This document shows positions 51,843 through 64,000 of a stretch of DNA of 64,000 nucleotides, one piece after another. Each line of letters starts with the position of its first letter. Within the stretch, counting starts at the first letter, position 1. Source of the stretch: Sporopachydermia quercuum (taxonomy: Eukaryota); the NCBI GenBank assembly GCA_001599295.1, contig BCGN01000006.1, positions 1,302,001-1,366,000 of the forward strand. The letters run 5' to 3'. Under the pieces are notes generated by a model. The model was not told the DNA's origin. It ran no database searches and was given only the letters and a program-made list of their open reading frames with translations. Made by a program: the position numbers and the translations under genes.

Positions 51843-53322
51843 TCATTGTATCCTTGAAGGAATATTCATTTCCAGCACCTTTTCAACTAAAGGTTGAAAA
51901 ACATTGAATAAATTAGATTCCGCATAAATATCTACTAAGGATTCTAATTTCGGCGATACATTATTGTTAGTATTCGAAGAACTATTAGAAGAGATAGTGG
52001 AAGAAACAGTAGAACTCTCATCAATCGAATTGCTGGTCTCTTTTAATGGACTTTCAAGTTGATTCTTAGTAGAACCGAGTTTAGTATTATCACTATTGTT
52101 GGAACTTTCATTGCTACTTCCATCCTTATGATCTTTATTATGTTCATCAGAGTTTAGACGAGCTTTTCTAATACTGCCAACTAGTTGATTGATAACTTCT
52201 TTATCATTTTGTTTCTCTATCATCAAGACAAATTGAGGATCAATAGGAACTTTTCCAAGGAATGGAATATTATATTCCTGTGATAATTTCTTTCCTCCTC
52301 CTGATGAGAAGAGATCGGTTACATCCTAGAAACTGTTAGTATTATGTTGAGAGAATAGAATAGGATAAAACAAAAATTGGGAGCAACAAGCAAAGAAAGC
52401 GTTTCTTTTACTTCAGACTGTTTTGAAATGCTTTTATAACTGAAAATTAATTCGCGCCATTTGATCTCAGATAAGCTATTAGTTAAAGTCTTGTTGAAGC
52501 TGATAATGTCAAATCAATCATTTCATTCGTCGTTACACGATTGAGAGTGATCTGATATTCTTATCAAGCACTGTTTCTTGATTGACAATTGACAATCTGT
52601 TATTGGTTTTATTGAATTCATCAAATAAACAGTTTAGAGATAATGAAATATCCGAAAGAACCATCCACAGTTCTTATCTTTCCCTATTCTCTCCAATTTC
52701 TCCTTTCTTCTTCCATTTTACTTACCCCACAATGCACACACACATATCCACTCATATTCTCCACGATCCCAAGCTGTCGGAAACCTACTTTAGTACAGAA
52801 GTTGATCTCCCGCTTCACATCCGCTACCGAAACATTCTGGGGCGTAGTCACTAGTACAGCACCATCAGGATTGGCATACCGTAACTCTTCCGCTATCACT
52901 ATATGCTCATCCGAAGTTCCAGGTGGGGTATCAATCAAGAGGTAGTCTAGGCGGCCCCAATCAACGTCTTTAATAAATTGGCGGATCATCGCCGTTTTCT
53001 TAGGACCCCTCCAAACTACGCTGTCCCCTCTATCTGGAAGCAGAAATCCTAAGGATATTACGTGTAAACGACCTTTGGCATCAACTTGCACGGGAACCCA
53101 GCCTCGGCTAGATTGGTGGATCTGCTTGTCTTCTACTCCGAACATGCGGGGTAATGAGGGACCAGTAAGATCTATATCCAGAACGCCCACTTTGAAGCCC
53201 TTGTGAGCGAGCGATAGAGCGAATTGCGTTGTCACGGATGACTTGCCCACTCCTCCTTTTCCCGACAGAATCAGAATGATGTGTTTGACGTTAGCTAGAG
53301 AAGGAGGGGGTTCAACATTCAT
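51843..53322 (-). CDS. CFD1: Cytosolic Fe-S assembly P-loop NTPase Cfd1, 2 exons
   Basis: Exon 1 53322-52726; intron 52725-52326; exon 2 52325-51843. [36 protein letters not shown]. Lacks the Nbp35 N-terminal Cys cluster. Confidence 0.93.
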
Positions 53323-54018
53323 TACTGATTGAGATTTGTCGTTAAGATGTTTAATACGTTTGTATTTTGCACTTTGCACTTTGTGGTTGTGAAGCTGTTT
53401 AGTGTTCAGAATACTGATACTGGAAGAATACTGTATTGTCGAGAGGTGTCTTGTACTTGATATAGGACAAAGGATGATTATTAACACAAGTACACCTGGT
53501 ATATATAGTACAAAATAGAATAATGCTCCAAAAGAATCCTTGAAGGTTCTGCTACGCTAGTTTATGCCTTTATCGTTAGATTACCATTGATAACGATAAT
53601 TTGATACTGTCAGAATAAAGATGTAAACCGAATTAATGCTTAGTAATACAAAAATAAAAGTCGCTCGGAGATAATAGTTAAATTTATTTCACATAAATTT
53701 CCGTATTTGATCATCTTCTCCTTAATTGCCTGACTCCAAATCTGACGCCAAACACCAACTTTTGTACAAAATTCTAATAATTTGTGTAATATTTCAATAT
53801 AAACGTGGTACTCTTTTCATTTGAATGCTTGTGGCAGGAAACGTTTGTGAATTGTGATCTGTGCCATCCTGTATCAAAACTAAAATATCTCCGAACGCAA
53901 CGTAACAACACATCTTTACTTCCTGTATATACAAACTTTGCACTCTACTTCCTATTTAACACGTCCATCAATATACACCATTTGAAGGACCACACAAGTC
54001 ACTATCACAACCTCCAAA

Positions 54019-55612
54019 ATGAATGGATCACGGTATGTTTTAAATATCGTGCTCTCAGCTACAAATACTGTATGTTTCTTATACTAACGTATTTCTTTTC
54101 AGGTACACCACTCAGCCTCATCAAAGGGATCTGAGAACTCAGCTTTTTGACTCAGAGTACGAGTCCACCGCGTATAACAGATCATCACATATGAGTAACT
54201 CGTCTTCTCCATTTGCAGGGAATGTTGCATCTGATCAGCGCCAAAACCAGGATTTTGGCGGGACAGGTATATCCAGTAATCCCTATGCTGGTAATGTGGG
54301 ATCCAATAGTATGTCATCTGATTCTATGCTTTCTAAGCTTGAATCACAGAACGATGATGAGATCAAGACTTTGTCAGAGAAGGTGAGGATACTGAAAGGT
54401 GTTACTATGCAGATCGGAGATGAGATTCGGGACTCGTCTAAGTTGTTCACGCAGATGGTAAGTATGAGCTGATAAAAGAAGTGGGAGAATGTAAGAAAGC
54501 ATAGAAGACAGCCGAGAAAGAGCATAAGAAAGAGGATTGAGTAGCAGATAACATAGTTAAACAATTAAACATCAAACGAGTTTCACATAGTGTTATTAAT
54601 CATTCATCATTGATCGCAGTCAGTTATAATTCAAACAAAACCTTTCACAATTTTGGTTTTTTTCACTTTTCAGAGCTTTTATAACCTCTTCACGAGAGAT
54701 TCACTGAATAATCTATAGCATGAAGATCAAAAGACTAGGTTTTAAATGAATGAATCAATCTGCAGCAGATGGCAAATTAAAGTGCATATGAATGTTGAAT
54801 AATAAGAAATACCCAGATATCACACTGAAAACAACATTAGGCCCATTATTACACGAATCGTTTGCAACAATCGGCTCAATTGCTCAATTTCGCTATGGTG
54901 GATATGTACCGTATATTTTCCGGAACTATCTGAATAAGACATTNTTTTTGAACTATCACAACAATCAAAACATTCTGCTGTAAAAAACAATAAAGGAAGA
55001 TTACTAGATAGAAGACTTTTTTTATCAAAATGTAATGAGTTCATGAAATTGCAGATTGTCAAAGGTGGAAGATTACAGCGACATATAAGATATCTTATTG
55101 CGATTAACTCTCAGCATGATTAACTCTCAGCATCTCAACTGAATCTCTTGCAATACAATACTGAAATAAATGACTAAGAACTAAGAACAAGAGAATGCTG
55201 CTACAAACATTATACGGCTGATGTGTTCAGTAGAATTGCCGTGTAGAAAGAAGCTTTGTTAATAATCAGTTGATGCAGTTCATCTTAATATCTATCAATA
55301 CATTGTTTTCAGTCAATAGGTAAAGCTGACCTGAACATTGAACTTTTCAGCACGGTGACTGATGGCTTGCTATGAACTTATGATTCTTTCGAAGCTTATT
55401 CCTAGATTTAAACATTCCTTCCCCATTTATTGCTAACTTCAAACATATTAACAAACTAACAGGAAGACAATTTTGAAACAGCAAGGACCAAACTGAAAAG
55501 CACATACAGTAGAATGATGATTGTGAGCAAGAAAGCTGGAGTTGGTTGGCGAACTTGGTTACTAGTTTTTGGATTGGTGTTTTTCTGTTTCTTCTATGTG
55601 TGGATTTTCTAA
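54019..55612 (+). CDS. BET1: ER-Golgi Qc-SNARE Bet1, 3 exons
   Basis: Exons 54019-54032, 54103-54457 and 55463-55612. QRDLRTQLF, LESQND, IGDEIRDS and C-terminal TM (GVGWRTWLLVFGLVFFCFFYVWIF). Confidence 0.92.
55102..55133. repeat. 16-bp direct tandem duplication within BET1 intron 2
   Basis: GATTAACTCTCAGCAT twice. Confidence 0.8.
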
Positions 55613-57374
55613 GAGAAACATAAAGAAAGAAAGAAAGAAAGAAAAAGAAAAAAGAATGGAAGGAAAGAAAGAAACTTAATACCATTAAACTGTTGTTTAA
55701 GAATAATCATAATGGACTGTCCACTATTTGATATATGATAATATTACCAGTTCTCAACACGCTAATTCATTGGCATAATTTCAATCAAAAAATTCAGCAC
55801 TATGTATAATACTCTGACATACAAGCAAGGTTTTGTATGAGATGATGAAGTAAAGTTAAATCAAAACAACAACTAGTCAATTATGTTATAATAATTGCGT
55901 TCGGTCAACCTAGCTAACTTAATCACTAGAAAGCGAAGGGCAAAAACAATCATAAGTATTTGAATATGATTTTAGTGGAAACAGGTATATTTCAGGACCT
56001 GGTCGAATTGTTTAGGCCAATTGATCTTTGAAAGAAAAATAATTTTGAGCTTTCGGCAGGAAGGAAAGGACTGTCAGATATTTGGTTGATGCCAGTTGCA
56101 ATGTTTAAGTTGCAGGGGAAATAATTCTTGCTAATCTGATACTATTATATGGATCCAGTTGCACCAATTAATAACAATAATGGGACCGCTTTGATTTGAT
56201 AGTATAAGCTATTAGCCGCGTGATGATGTATGAGAATAATTATCAAGATATTATGTCTGTAGTTAATGAGAAAAAGAGAGGGAAAGAACGGAAAGAAATA
56301 GACAATAAGAAAACTGTTAGTCAAAAAGCTGTGATGTCCTAATGGAAGTTTTCGTGACTCTAGCAATAAAATTATATACATTGCAGATTGAATATGAAGC
56401 AACCATCGAAATATGATAAATAAGGAAAAAGTTTCAGGAATATAATATTAACACCAGCATTGATATAGGAAGATTGGCTTGTAACATTTAAACGATTTAC
56501 TTGATGATAGTTAGAGTGGACAAAGTATAAATAGTATTACTACTAGCCATATTACTATTTGACAAATTAATGATACTTTGATTGATTAGACTTAGGAATA
56601 CTAAGGTAGTTTGCTAACGTAGGAAGGTGGAATTGAAATTTGATTGATTGATATTATAAAAAGCTCAACTGACACTTGGCGGAATAAACTGATTTGATAG
56701 AAGGAATAACTGTAATTGCAGAAAGTATACCAGTTAAAAGCACAACTATCATACAAATAACAATAACTGCTACTTTCTTGTTAGGAATTATGTTAGATCA
56801 ATTTTAATTCCATCAGCTTGTATGTTTACTCTTTTCGTTTTATCTAAGGACTGATAACACAAAAATGCTACTAGCTGACGCAATTGCTGGATTATCTCCG
56901 GCTGTGTTTTCTCAATGAATCAACTGTTGGTCCATGAATGAATACGAACCTACAATGTGAAGTATTAATTCTCATTAAACAATTATGGAATCTTAGCACA
57001 TATGAATAATGGAAGTCATATAATGTCTTCTATTGGTACTTCGCACTTTTTTTTTGCAGAGATACTTCATGTTCTTTGTATTAGATCACGTGATAAAATG
57101 TACTCTGTTTTATCTCATACAGAGACCAAAAGTTGGCAAACAAATCAACATAGTTCTGTCTGTATGAGGAGGCTGTTGTGCCAACACTAATTCCTGTAGG
57201 ACTCATTTTTCCTCCGGTACAGGAATTTCTAATACTCCAAGATGATTACTATTTGAATCGGATCATACAAATTATAAGCTATACATATATCAATAATATA
57301 AACTATATATTAGCAAAATTTATTATCCTACTTACACCTTTTTCTTTTTGTTTTTGTTTTTCTTTCACAACATT

Positions 57375-58610
57375 TTATATACCACCAGCAACTTCAGCAG
57401 CTTTGCTACCGTTCTCGATCTCAAACTGTTGAACTGGTAATCCAGTACTCTTAACTCCATCAAAACTCTTCATTGGCTTTAACCCCCATTTTGCCAACAT
57501 TGCCTTATCTTCATCCCATCCACTGCACATAGTTGTAAGCATCTTCTTACCTGTGAATATAGCATTGGATCCAGCCAGGAAACATAAGAATTGCTCATAC
57601 TCTTTCATTGTATATCTTCCTGCTGCTAATCTAATAACAGACTTTGGCATAATTAATCTAGCTGTTGCGATTGTTCTTATAATTTCATCAAATGTCAGCT
57701 TCTTCTCGGTTCCTTCTAATGGGGTTCCTTTAATAGGAATAAGCTTATTAATAGGAAGACTCTCTGGATGTTGTGACATATTACTTAAGGTATAAAGAAA
57801 GCCAATATGATCTTCCTCGGTCTCTCCTAAACCGAGAATTCCACCAGTGCAAACTTTTAATCCGGATTCTCTAACGTTTTCAATGGTCTGCAATCTATCG
57901 TCATAACTCCTTGAAGTAATGACCTTTGGATAATGCTCTCTAGATGTATCAATGTTATGATTGTAAGCAGTCAAACCAGCTTCCTTCAAAGTATTTGCTT
58001 GATCTTTATTAACCATACCCAACGTGACGCAAGATTCTAATCCTAGCTCGTTCACAGCCTTTACCATTGCAGCAATTTTTTTAAGTCCGCTTTTCCTGCC
58101 ATGCATGTCTCTCCAAGCAGCACCCAGACAGAATCGAGTACTACCGTTTGATTTTGCTTCTTTAGCAGCAGTGATCACCTCTTCAATAGGAATCAGCTTG
58201 CTGGCTTTCAAACCTGTATCATAACGTGACGATTGAGCGCAGTATTTACAGTCTTCGGTACAGCCACCTGTCTTAATACTTAGAAGAGTGCATAGCTGAA
58301 CTTTGTTTGGATCGTTGAACTTCCTGTGCTGCATTTGAGCAGAATAAACAAGCTCTAGAAGAGGTGTATTATAGATCTCTCTAATTTGGTCTTTGGACCA
58401 GCTATGAGAAGGACTAGCTTGGCTGAGAGCATGTTTAAGAGCTGATGGTGCTCCGCTGGAGTCAGTAGGGGAGACAGGAGGGAAGTTCAAGTTGTTATAG
58501 GTCGAGCTTGGTATTTCGTCAGTAACTGTTGAAAAGCTCCTAATGCATGAAAATCTTGTTGAGAAAATATTGAGAGCTTTAAAGGCTCTGGTAGGTTTTA
58601 ATTGGATCAT
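57375..58610 (-). CDS. BIO2: Biotin synthase (radical SAM)
   Basis: GCTEDCKYCAQSS, RFCLGAAW, YNHNIDTS, CTGGILGLGE, RLAAGR. ATG at 58610 gives a mitochondrial presequence. Confidence 0.97.
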   Translation of the reverse strand: MIQLKPTRAFKALNIFSTRFSCIRSFSTVTDEIPSSTYNNLNFPPVSPTDSSGAPSALKHALSQASPSHSWSKDQIREIYNTPLLELVYSAQMQHRKFNDPNKVQLCTLLSIKTGGCTEDCKYCAQSSRYDTGLKASKLIPIEEVITAAKEAKSNGSTRFCLGAAWRDMHGRKSGLKKIAAMVKAVNELGLESCVTLGMVNKDQANTLKEAGLTAYNHNIDTSREHYPKVITSRSYDDRLQTIENVRESGLKVCTGGILGLGETEEDHIGFLYTLSNMSQHPESLPINKLIPIKGTPLEGTEKKLTFDEIIRTIATARLIMPKSVIRLAAGRYTMKEYEQFLCFLAGSNAIFTGKKMLTTMCSGWDEDKAMLAKWGLKPMKSFDGVKSTGLPVQQFEIENGSKAAEVAGGI

Positions 58611-59274
58611 TGCGAGGCAGGAATAGCTGTAGATGTATTTGATGGTAGGTCCGTTGAATTGTATGAACAATATCATTGAGCAAGAGAAAGAATAAGTACA
58701 TTTTAAGATCAATCCATGAAGCGAGTAACAGGATATCCACTTTTATTTATAGTTGTATCCGACATATGTGAAATTCCTGTAATATAACTAATGTAAATCC
58801 TATCATGCTGCGAATCATAATTTACTTAACGTAAAGTTAATATAATATGTAGAAAAATGGAAAAGTCAATTATACGGAAATGGGAATCGTTGCCGCCAGG
58901 AATTTAACATTAAAGTAAGAGAACTGAAACTATGTATTAGCTTTACTGGTCTAGCAATGGAATAGGAACTTGGGTTCTATCCTCATCGAATAATATGTTA
59001 CAACTGGTAGGTAGGAAGGTCATTTGATGGAGGAAGTAAGGAAATTATAACCATAATTATATCATTATATGACTCTGGAAAAACCTGAAAAACCAAGTGG
59101 ATGTAAAACAAGGGTTCTGATAAGTATTTTGAGTGGTCTTATAGTAGTGAGTGATGATAATTACAGCTAATTGTTGTTTTTATTAATAGATAAGTTGAGT
59201 AGTCGGGATTTCCAACAAAAGGGTTTGATGGTGAGCATTCATGAAATTTGCTCCAACTTTAATTTTAACCTTAT

Positions 59275-59546
59275 TCATATGACTCAAATAATTCCCAAGT
59301 TGGGAAGGTAGTCATTGAAAATTGACTACAGTATTAAGGTTTTGGCCAATTGTGTTTTTTCATTTGGTCTTATCAACTCATATGAAAAAGTTTAATTTAA
59401 AAAGTATTACTTAACAGGGTAATTAAGTAAGTCATATGAGCCATGTGACTAGCATGATTATTTAAGAGTATTTCCTTAACTAATCATATGAGTCAAGAGA
59501 TTGCTATAAACGATAGTTGTACCTGAGTCATGACTATTGGTGATTC
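59275..59546. promoter_or_regulatory. Cluster of TGASTCA and TCATATGA sites upstream of BIO2
   Basis: TGACTCA at 59280; TGAGTCA at 59489 and 59524; TCATATGA at 59275, 59378, 59432 and 59484. Confidence 0.55.
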
Positions 59547-59740
59547 ATACCGAACGTGTTCGAACTACTAATCGTAAAGCATTTCATATCTTCTCTAAAC
59601 CAGCGCAGAACAAGAATTTGTAGATGAGAAAGTAATTTAAATACATACTAATATAAATGGATATGTACGTGTATAAATTTAACGAGATGTAATTAAACCT
59701 ACTTGGAAAATAGATGTAGGTTAAATAAATTAAGGTTCTT

Positions 59741-62227
59741 TTAAAAGTTCGAAATATCTTTCATGTCCTTCAGTGGTACATCAGAAGTAACAGTGATAGG
59801 AATGGAATGTTCTGATTTTGTTTCTGAAGTAGTTGGAAAGTTATAGGTGCTTTCCTTTACAGATCCTGTTTCAAAGGAGATCGAAGGTCCATTTGATTCT
59901 TCATCTTTAGGGGCAGAAATTAGTTCTTGTTTAGGTAGAATAAGAGTATCATTTGTTGATTGTTCCTTTTCAAGTTGTTCACCGATACTAGAATTTTCAT
60001 TTTTAGCATTACTACTGCTTTCACCGTTGACTTCCTTCTTCTTTTCCAACTCTTCTTCTTTCACCTTCTCATCCAAATGATCTTTTTCTTCTTCCTTATT
60101 TTCATTACCATGCCCATTAGGAGCATGTTCTTCTTTGGTAGTAGAGCAATTATTACATTTAAATAAGTAGCTGGGGTCCTTCACTATCTGAACTTTCTCC
60201 TCAGGAGATTGGCATTCTAAATGTTGCCATTTCGAGCAAACAGCACAACAAATACTATCTTTACCGTCATTAAAATTAACACCTTGAACACCACATTTGC
60301 AATCAAACATCCAATTACCTTTACTGTCATATCCATCAACCAATGGCCCTTCGATTTCGGTTCCTGCTCCTTCCAAAAGTTCCTTCTCCTCTATCACACC
60401 TTCCATTCCATCTACTTGTTCTCCCAACCTCTCCAATCTTGCAAGTTCTCTTTCTTTTCTCTTCAGTCGTTGAATTTCAGCTGCATCAGTTATACCTTCA
60501 TTTTCCAACTCATCTATATCTTCAACACTCAAAGTTACATCTGCTCTGCCTCCCCTTAGCCTAGCAAACTTTTTACGTCTAGCTTCTGCTTTTCTTTGTT
60601 CCTCTTCCTCCTCCAGCCTTCTTAATCTTTGTTCCTCTAATTCCCTATACCTTTGTTTAGCTTCAATTCTAGCACTTCTTTTCCTAGGCAAAAGAGTCAA
60701 TTCTCTCAAACGTTCCTTTTCTCTTGAAGCTGCAGCTTTCCTTCTTTTTATCTCAGCTTGCTCTATCTCTAGTAAAACGTCATTTATAATAAAGGTATGT
60801 AATAGCTTATCGGAGTCGGATGCTTTTTTCGTATTTAATGATTTGGTAAAATCAATCCATTCATACAAGGAAGAGCATACGCATTTCCATTTTGAATCTA
60901 TGAAGTCAATGAAGTCGTTTTTAGTTAATTGTTCAGTAGGAATTTGAGAGATTCGCCAAGAGTTTTCCTCGGTTGCATTTCCAGAATTGGGATTTTCTTC
61001 TGTCTCACCGTTTTCAGCCTCGGTTTCATTGTCAGTTTTGACTTGAGCAGCTCCGTTTGACTTCTTAGCCCGTTTCTTCCTGCTTGGTCCTATCCACTTC
61101 TTTCTTTTTCTTGTTGGTTTGCTTGCTGCTTCTTTCAACTGTTTTTCGACTTCTCTTCGGTTAATTTCTTCTTCGAACGAAGTGAAATAATCAATCTTAT
61201 AATAAAGACGATTATCATCGAGAAGATAATATGATCCTCCTTCATCTGACCAGCCTACCGGGTCTATTCTCTATAGTATACGTTAGAACAGGAATTACTA
61301 ATAATCGTGGGTAGCAGTTCAGTAATAGCACTTGAACACATACAAATTCTAAAGGATCATTTGGTTGTTTGTCGATGTATTCACGGAATTTCTCTTCATT
61401 TTGCATTACTAAAGTGACAAAAAAGTGCAATAAACGGATCTAAATGATTGTTAGTAAGATGAAATATTAAGTAAGCAACAAGTAGCAAGAATGAACACCG
61501 TTGAATGAATACATACTTTTTCCACTATCGAAATCTCAGCAAATGTTTTGGGCTCAAATTCTGATCCTAAAAGCTGTGGTGCATTTGGAATTGAGCTTAA
61601 AAAGCTTCTTGCTCTCTCATCAAATGTATCAATACTAGAGATAGTATTAAGTTAGTTAGGCAATTCGTAATGGCTAGATTTATAGCTTGACAGAAATACG
61701 CCTGCAATATACTGAGAAACAATTCAACATACGTAATATCCTTATTACGAGGAACAACACTGTTAATCAACCCAAGTTGAATTTTTGTTAATAGGCTAGT
61801 ACCGGAGATGCCAAGCAACTCTTCTTCCAAGATCTATAATAATAAAAAGAACCCTGTTAGCATAAGCAAATAAGAGGGAAAATTGTAACACAATTCTACA
61901 ATTCTAATTTCTTAGTCTTGAAATAGCCAACATTTTAACATTACTCACATCGGAATCAATGCTATCAGCACCCAATTTTACCATTCCTTTGAAGAAACTC
62001 AACCATTGCATCAACACAGCATATTCCCAAGTGTTCTGGACTGACTTCAATTTATCTCTATACTCCTCTTTTTCACTTGGTATATACTCCGGTAGTTTTG
62101 CTAAAGCAATTTTTGTCTCTTCGCTTATATATGGTAAGCCAGCTATACGAGCAGGAATCTCCACTGGTTTTACTACAGTTGTTTTCGGTTCAACTGATTT
62201 CCTTTTCGCTCTATGGTGTCTGGCCAT
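59741..62227 (-). CDS. DDT/WHIM-type plus PHD-finger chromatin protein (ISWI-associated, Ioc3-like), 5 exons
   Basis: Exons 62227-61949, 61833-61733, 61634-61517, 61439-61344 and 61270-59741 join in frame. WEYAVLMQWL, RIDPVGW...YYLLDDNRLY, WKCVCSSLYEW, RKRSARI and PHD C-C...CC..C..WQH..C...C..C. Confidence 0.7.
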
Positions 62228-63023
62228 TTTTACTATATGTGGAAAATACCAAAACTTGAATTCTAGCCAAAATCGCTCAAAATATGGGAAAATTAGCATT
62301 TCCTACAAAGGTTCATTAGAAAAATTTGCTCTACTATAGACAATGAACAGCTGAATAGTGTGCAGAAGATGTTGAGAAGAAGGAAGTGTTTTTTCGTGTT
62401 TGTGGGAATTTTCACTTTAGAGTATCAGGAGTTTATGATTATGTGATACTGTGATTCAGGAAGATACTTGAATAGATAATATGAATAGGCAGCAAAAAAA
62501 ATATGCATACTGATATGAATGTACTGCATATAAAGAAAGGTAAAATTTTCATTAACCGGAAATATAATAAACTGATTCAGGGGGTTTAATTTCCAATTCT
62601 CTAAGAACAGCACATTTATTAGTTTCCTTACATAATATCATGATGAGGCAGAAAGAATGGAAAATTTCGGAGATAAATTTATCACGTGCTGTTTATTTCC
62701 GTTTTTGGGTAACTTATAATATCTGAAATAGCATACAACAGAAGGAACGGGGCTGAAGGACTACTTGGCCGAGCTTTCTTCCGAACTTTTGCGTGAAACA
62801 TACAAACCTTCCGCTAGATGCTTATATTATCTACATATAAAGAACCTTAATAAATAATAAAGTTTCAACTGTTAGCTTAGCAACCACGAAACACCTTCAA
62901 CCAACGAAACCCTACAGGTTCTATGCTGTCAGAATTGAATGCTAACGAATCTCATTAAGTACTACTCAAAAGTATGAATAAAACCCCCCAAAATGCTAAT
63001 CAAAACGTAATTAATTAATCGAG

Positions 63024-64000
63024 TTAATCCTTCAAAATTCTCAAATCAATTGGCTCGGAAATGGTTGTAATTTCGTCATAAAGCAAAGTAGTTAAGAACC
63101 CGCTGAAACTCTTCCCTGTGATATCATTTTCAAAATACTTAGCAGCCAGTTTGAACTTATTATCAGGGCTAGCTTTAGCAACTAATTTCTCCACCTCTTC
63201 ATTTAGAATTCTCAAATTCAATTCAGGTGTGACTGTTACGTTAGTATCAGCTGTTTTCACACCATGAGTAACCCATTGGTATAACTGACATCTGCTAACT
63301 TCAGCAGTAGCAGCATCTTCCATTAAGGAATTGATAGGTACACATCCAAAACCTCTTAACCAAGCTTCCATATAGCATAGACCAATATATAAATTCAATC
63401 TGATGCCATTTTCTGTAATTTTTCCACCAGGAATCTTAGTATCGATCAAATCCTGCTCAGTGACATGAACATATCCTTCTTCAGTATCAGGCCGGTAGAA
63501 AATTTGATTAGGGGTTGGCATGTGTTCGTCAAAAATATCAGTAGCATATTTAGCCAACGCTGGATGAGCAACCCATGTACCATCATGACCAGCTGTAACT
63601 TCTCTAAGTTTGTCTTTCTTCACATTGTTCATTGCCTTTTCATTGGCCTCAGGATCATTCTTGATAGGAATTTGGGCTGCCATACCACCCATAGCATGGA
63701 CACCTCTTTTATGACAAACAGCAATCAACCGTTTAACATAAGAAGCCATAAATGTAACAGTCATAGTAACATCTCCCCTGTCAGGAAGAATAAACTCCTT
63801 ATGGTTTCTCAAATTCTTGATAGTAGAAAAGATATAATCCCATCTTCCGCAATTCAATCCTGCTGAATGTTGTCTTAACTCGAATATAATCTCTTCCATT
63901 TGAAAAGCTGCTGGCAATGTCTCAAGTAATGCTGTAGCTCTAATAGTTCCTCTTGGAATGGCAAGCATATCTTGTGCAACGTTAAATACATCATTCCAAA
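63024..64000 (-). CDS. MLS1: Malate synthase (5' part lies outside the window)
   Basis: [45 protein letters not shown]. Confidence 0.97.
   Translation of the reverse strand, partial: WNDVFNVAQDMLAIPRGTIRATALLETLPAAFQMEEIIFELRQHSAGLNCGRWDYIFSTIKNLRNHKEFILPDRGDVTMTVTFMASYVKRLIAVCHKRGVHAMGGMAAQIPIKNDPEANEKAMNNVKKDKLREVTAGHDGTWVAHPALAKYATDIFDEHMPTPNQIFYRPDTEEGYVHVTEQDLIDTKIPGGKITENGIRLNLYIGLCYMEAWLRGFGCVPINSLMEDAATAEVSRCQLYQWVTHGVKTADTNVTVTPELNLRILNEEVEKLVAKASPDNKFKLAAKYFENDITGKSFSGFLTTLLYDEITTISEPIDLRILKD

Overview
Eukaryotic, AT-rich, intron-rich budding-yeast-type (Saccharomycotina-like) genomic DNA read with the standard code: CTG falls at conserved Leu positions of Elp3. I can support 22 protein-coding genes and reconstructed about 24 spliceosomal introns by eye (GTAWGT/GTAGGT/GTGAGT donors, CTAAC branch points, YAG acceptors). 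Gene order: Dig1-like, ELP3, MBA1, YOP1, RPS6, Iec3/Ies5-like INO80 subunit, AVO3/Rictor, SERCA-type Ca2+-ATPase, AIM11, RCH1, ARP9, MIH1/CDC25, MNR2, GCV3, BOL1, VAB2, CFD1, BET1, BIO2, a WHIM/PHD chromatin protein, and the 3' part of MLS1. I found no tRNA, rRNA, CRISPR array or intact transposon. The most unusual observations are: (1) two multi-kb domains strongly enriched in CCG/CGG across exons, introns and intergenic DNA, locally with about 10-bp spacing; (2) a true SERCA pump lying between AVO3 and AIM11; (3) an INO80 subunit that appears to link Iec3 and Ies5 by sequence and synteny; (4) a ~150-nt structured GC-rich element at 33.15-33.30 kb; (5) a dense TGASTCA/TCATATGA cluster upstream of BIO2. 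Homology and synteny statements come from recalled knowledge, not from searches.
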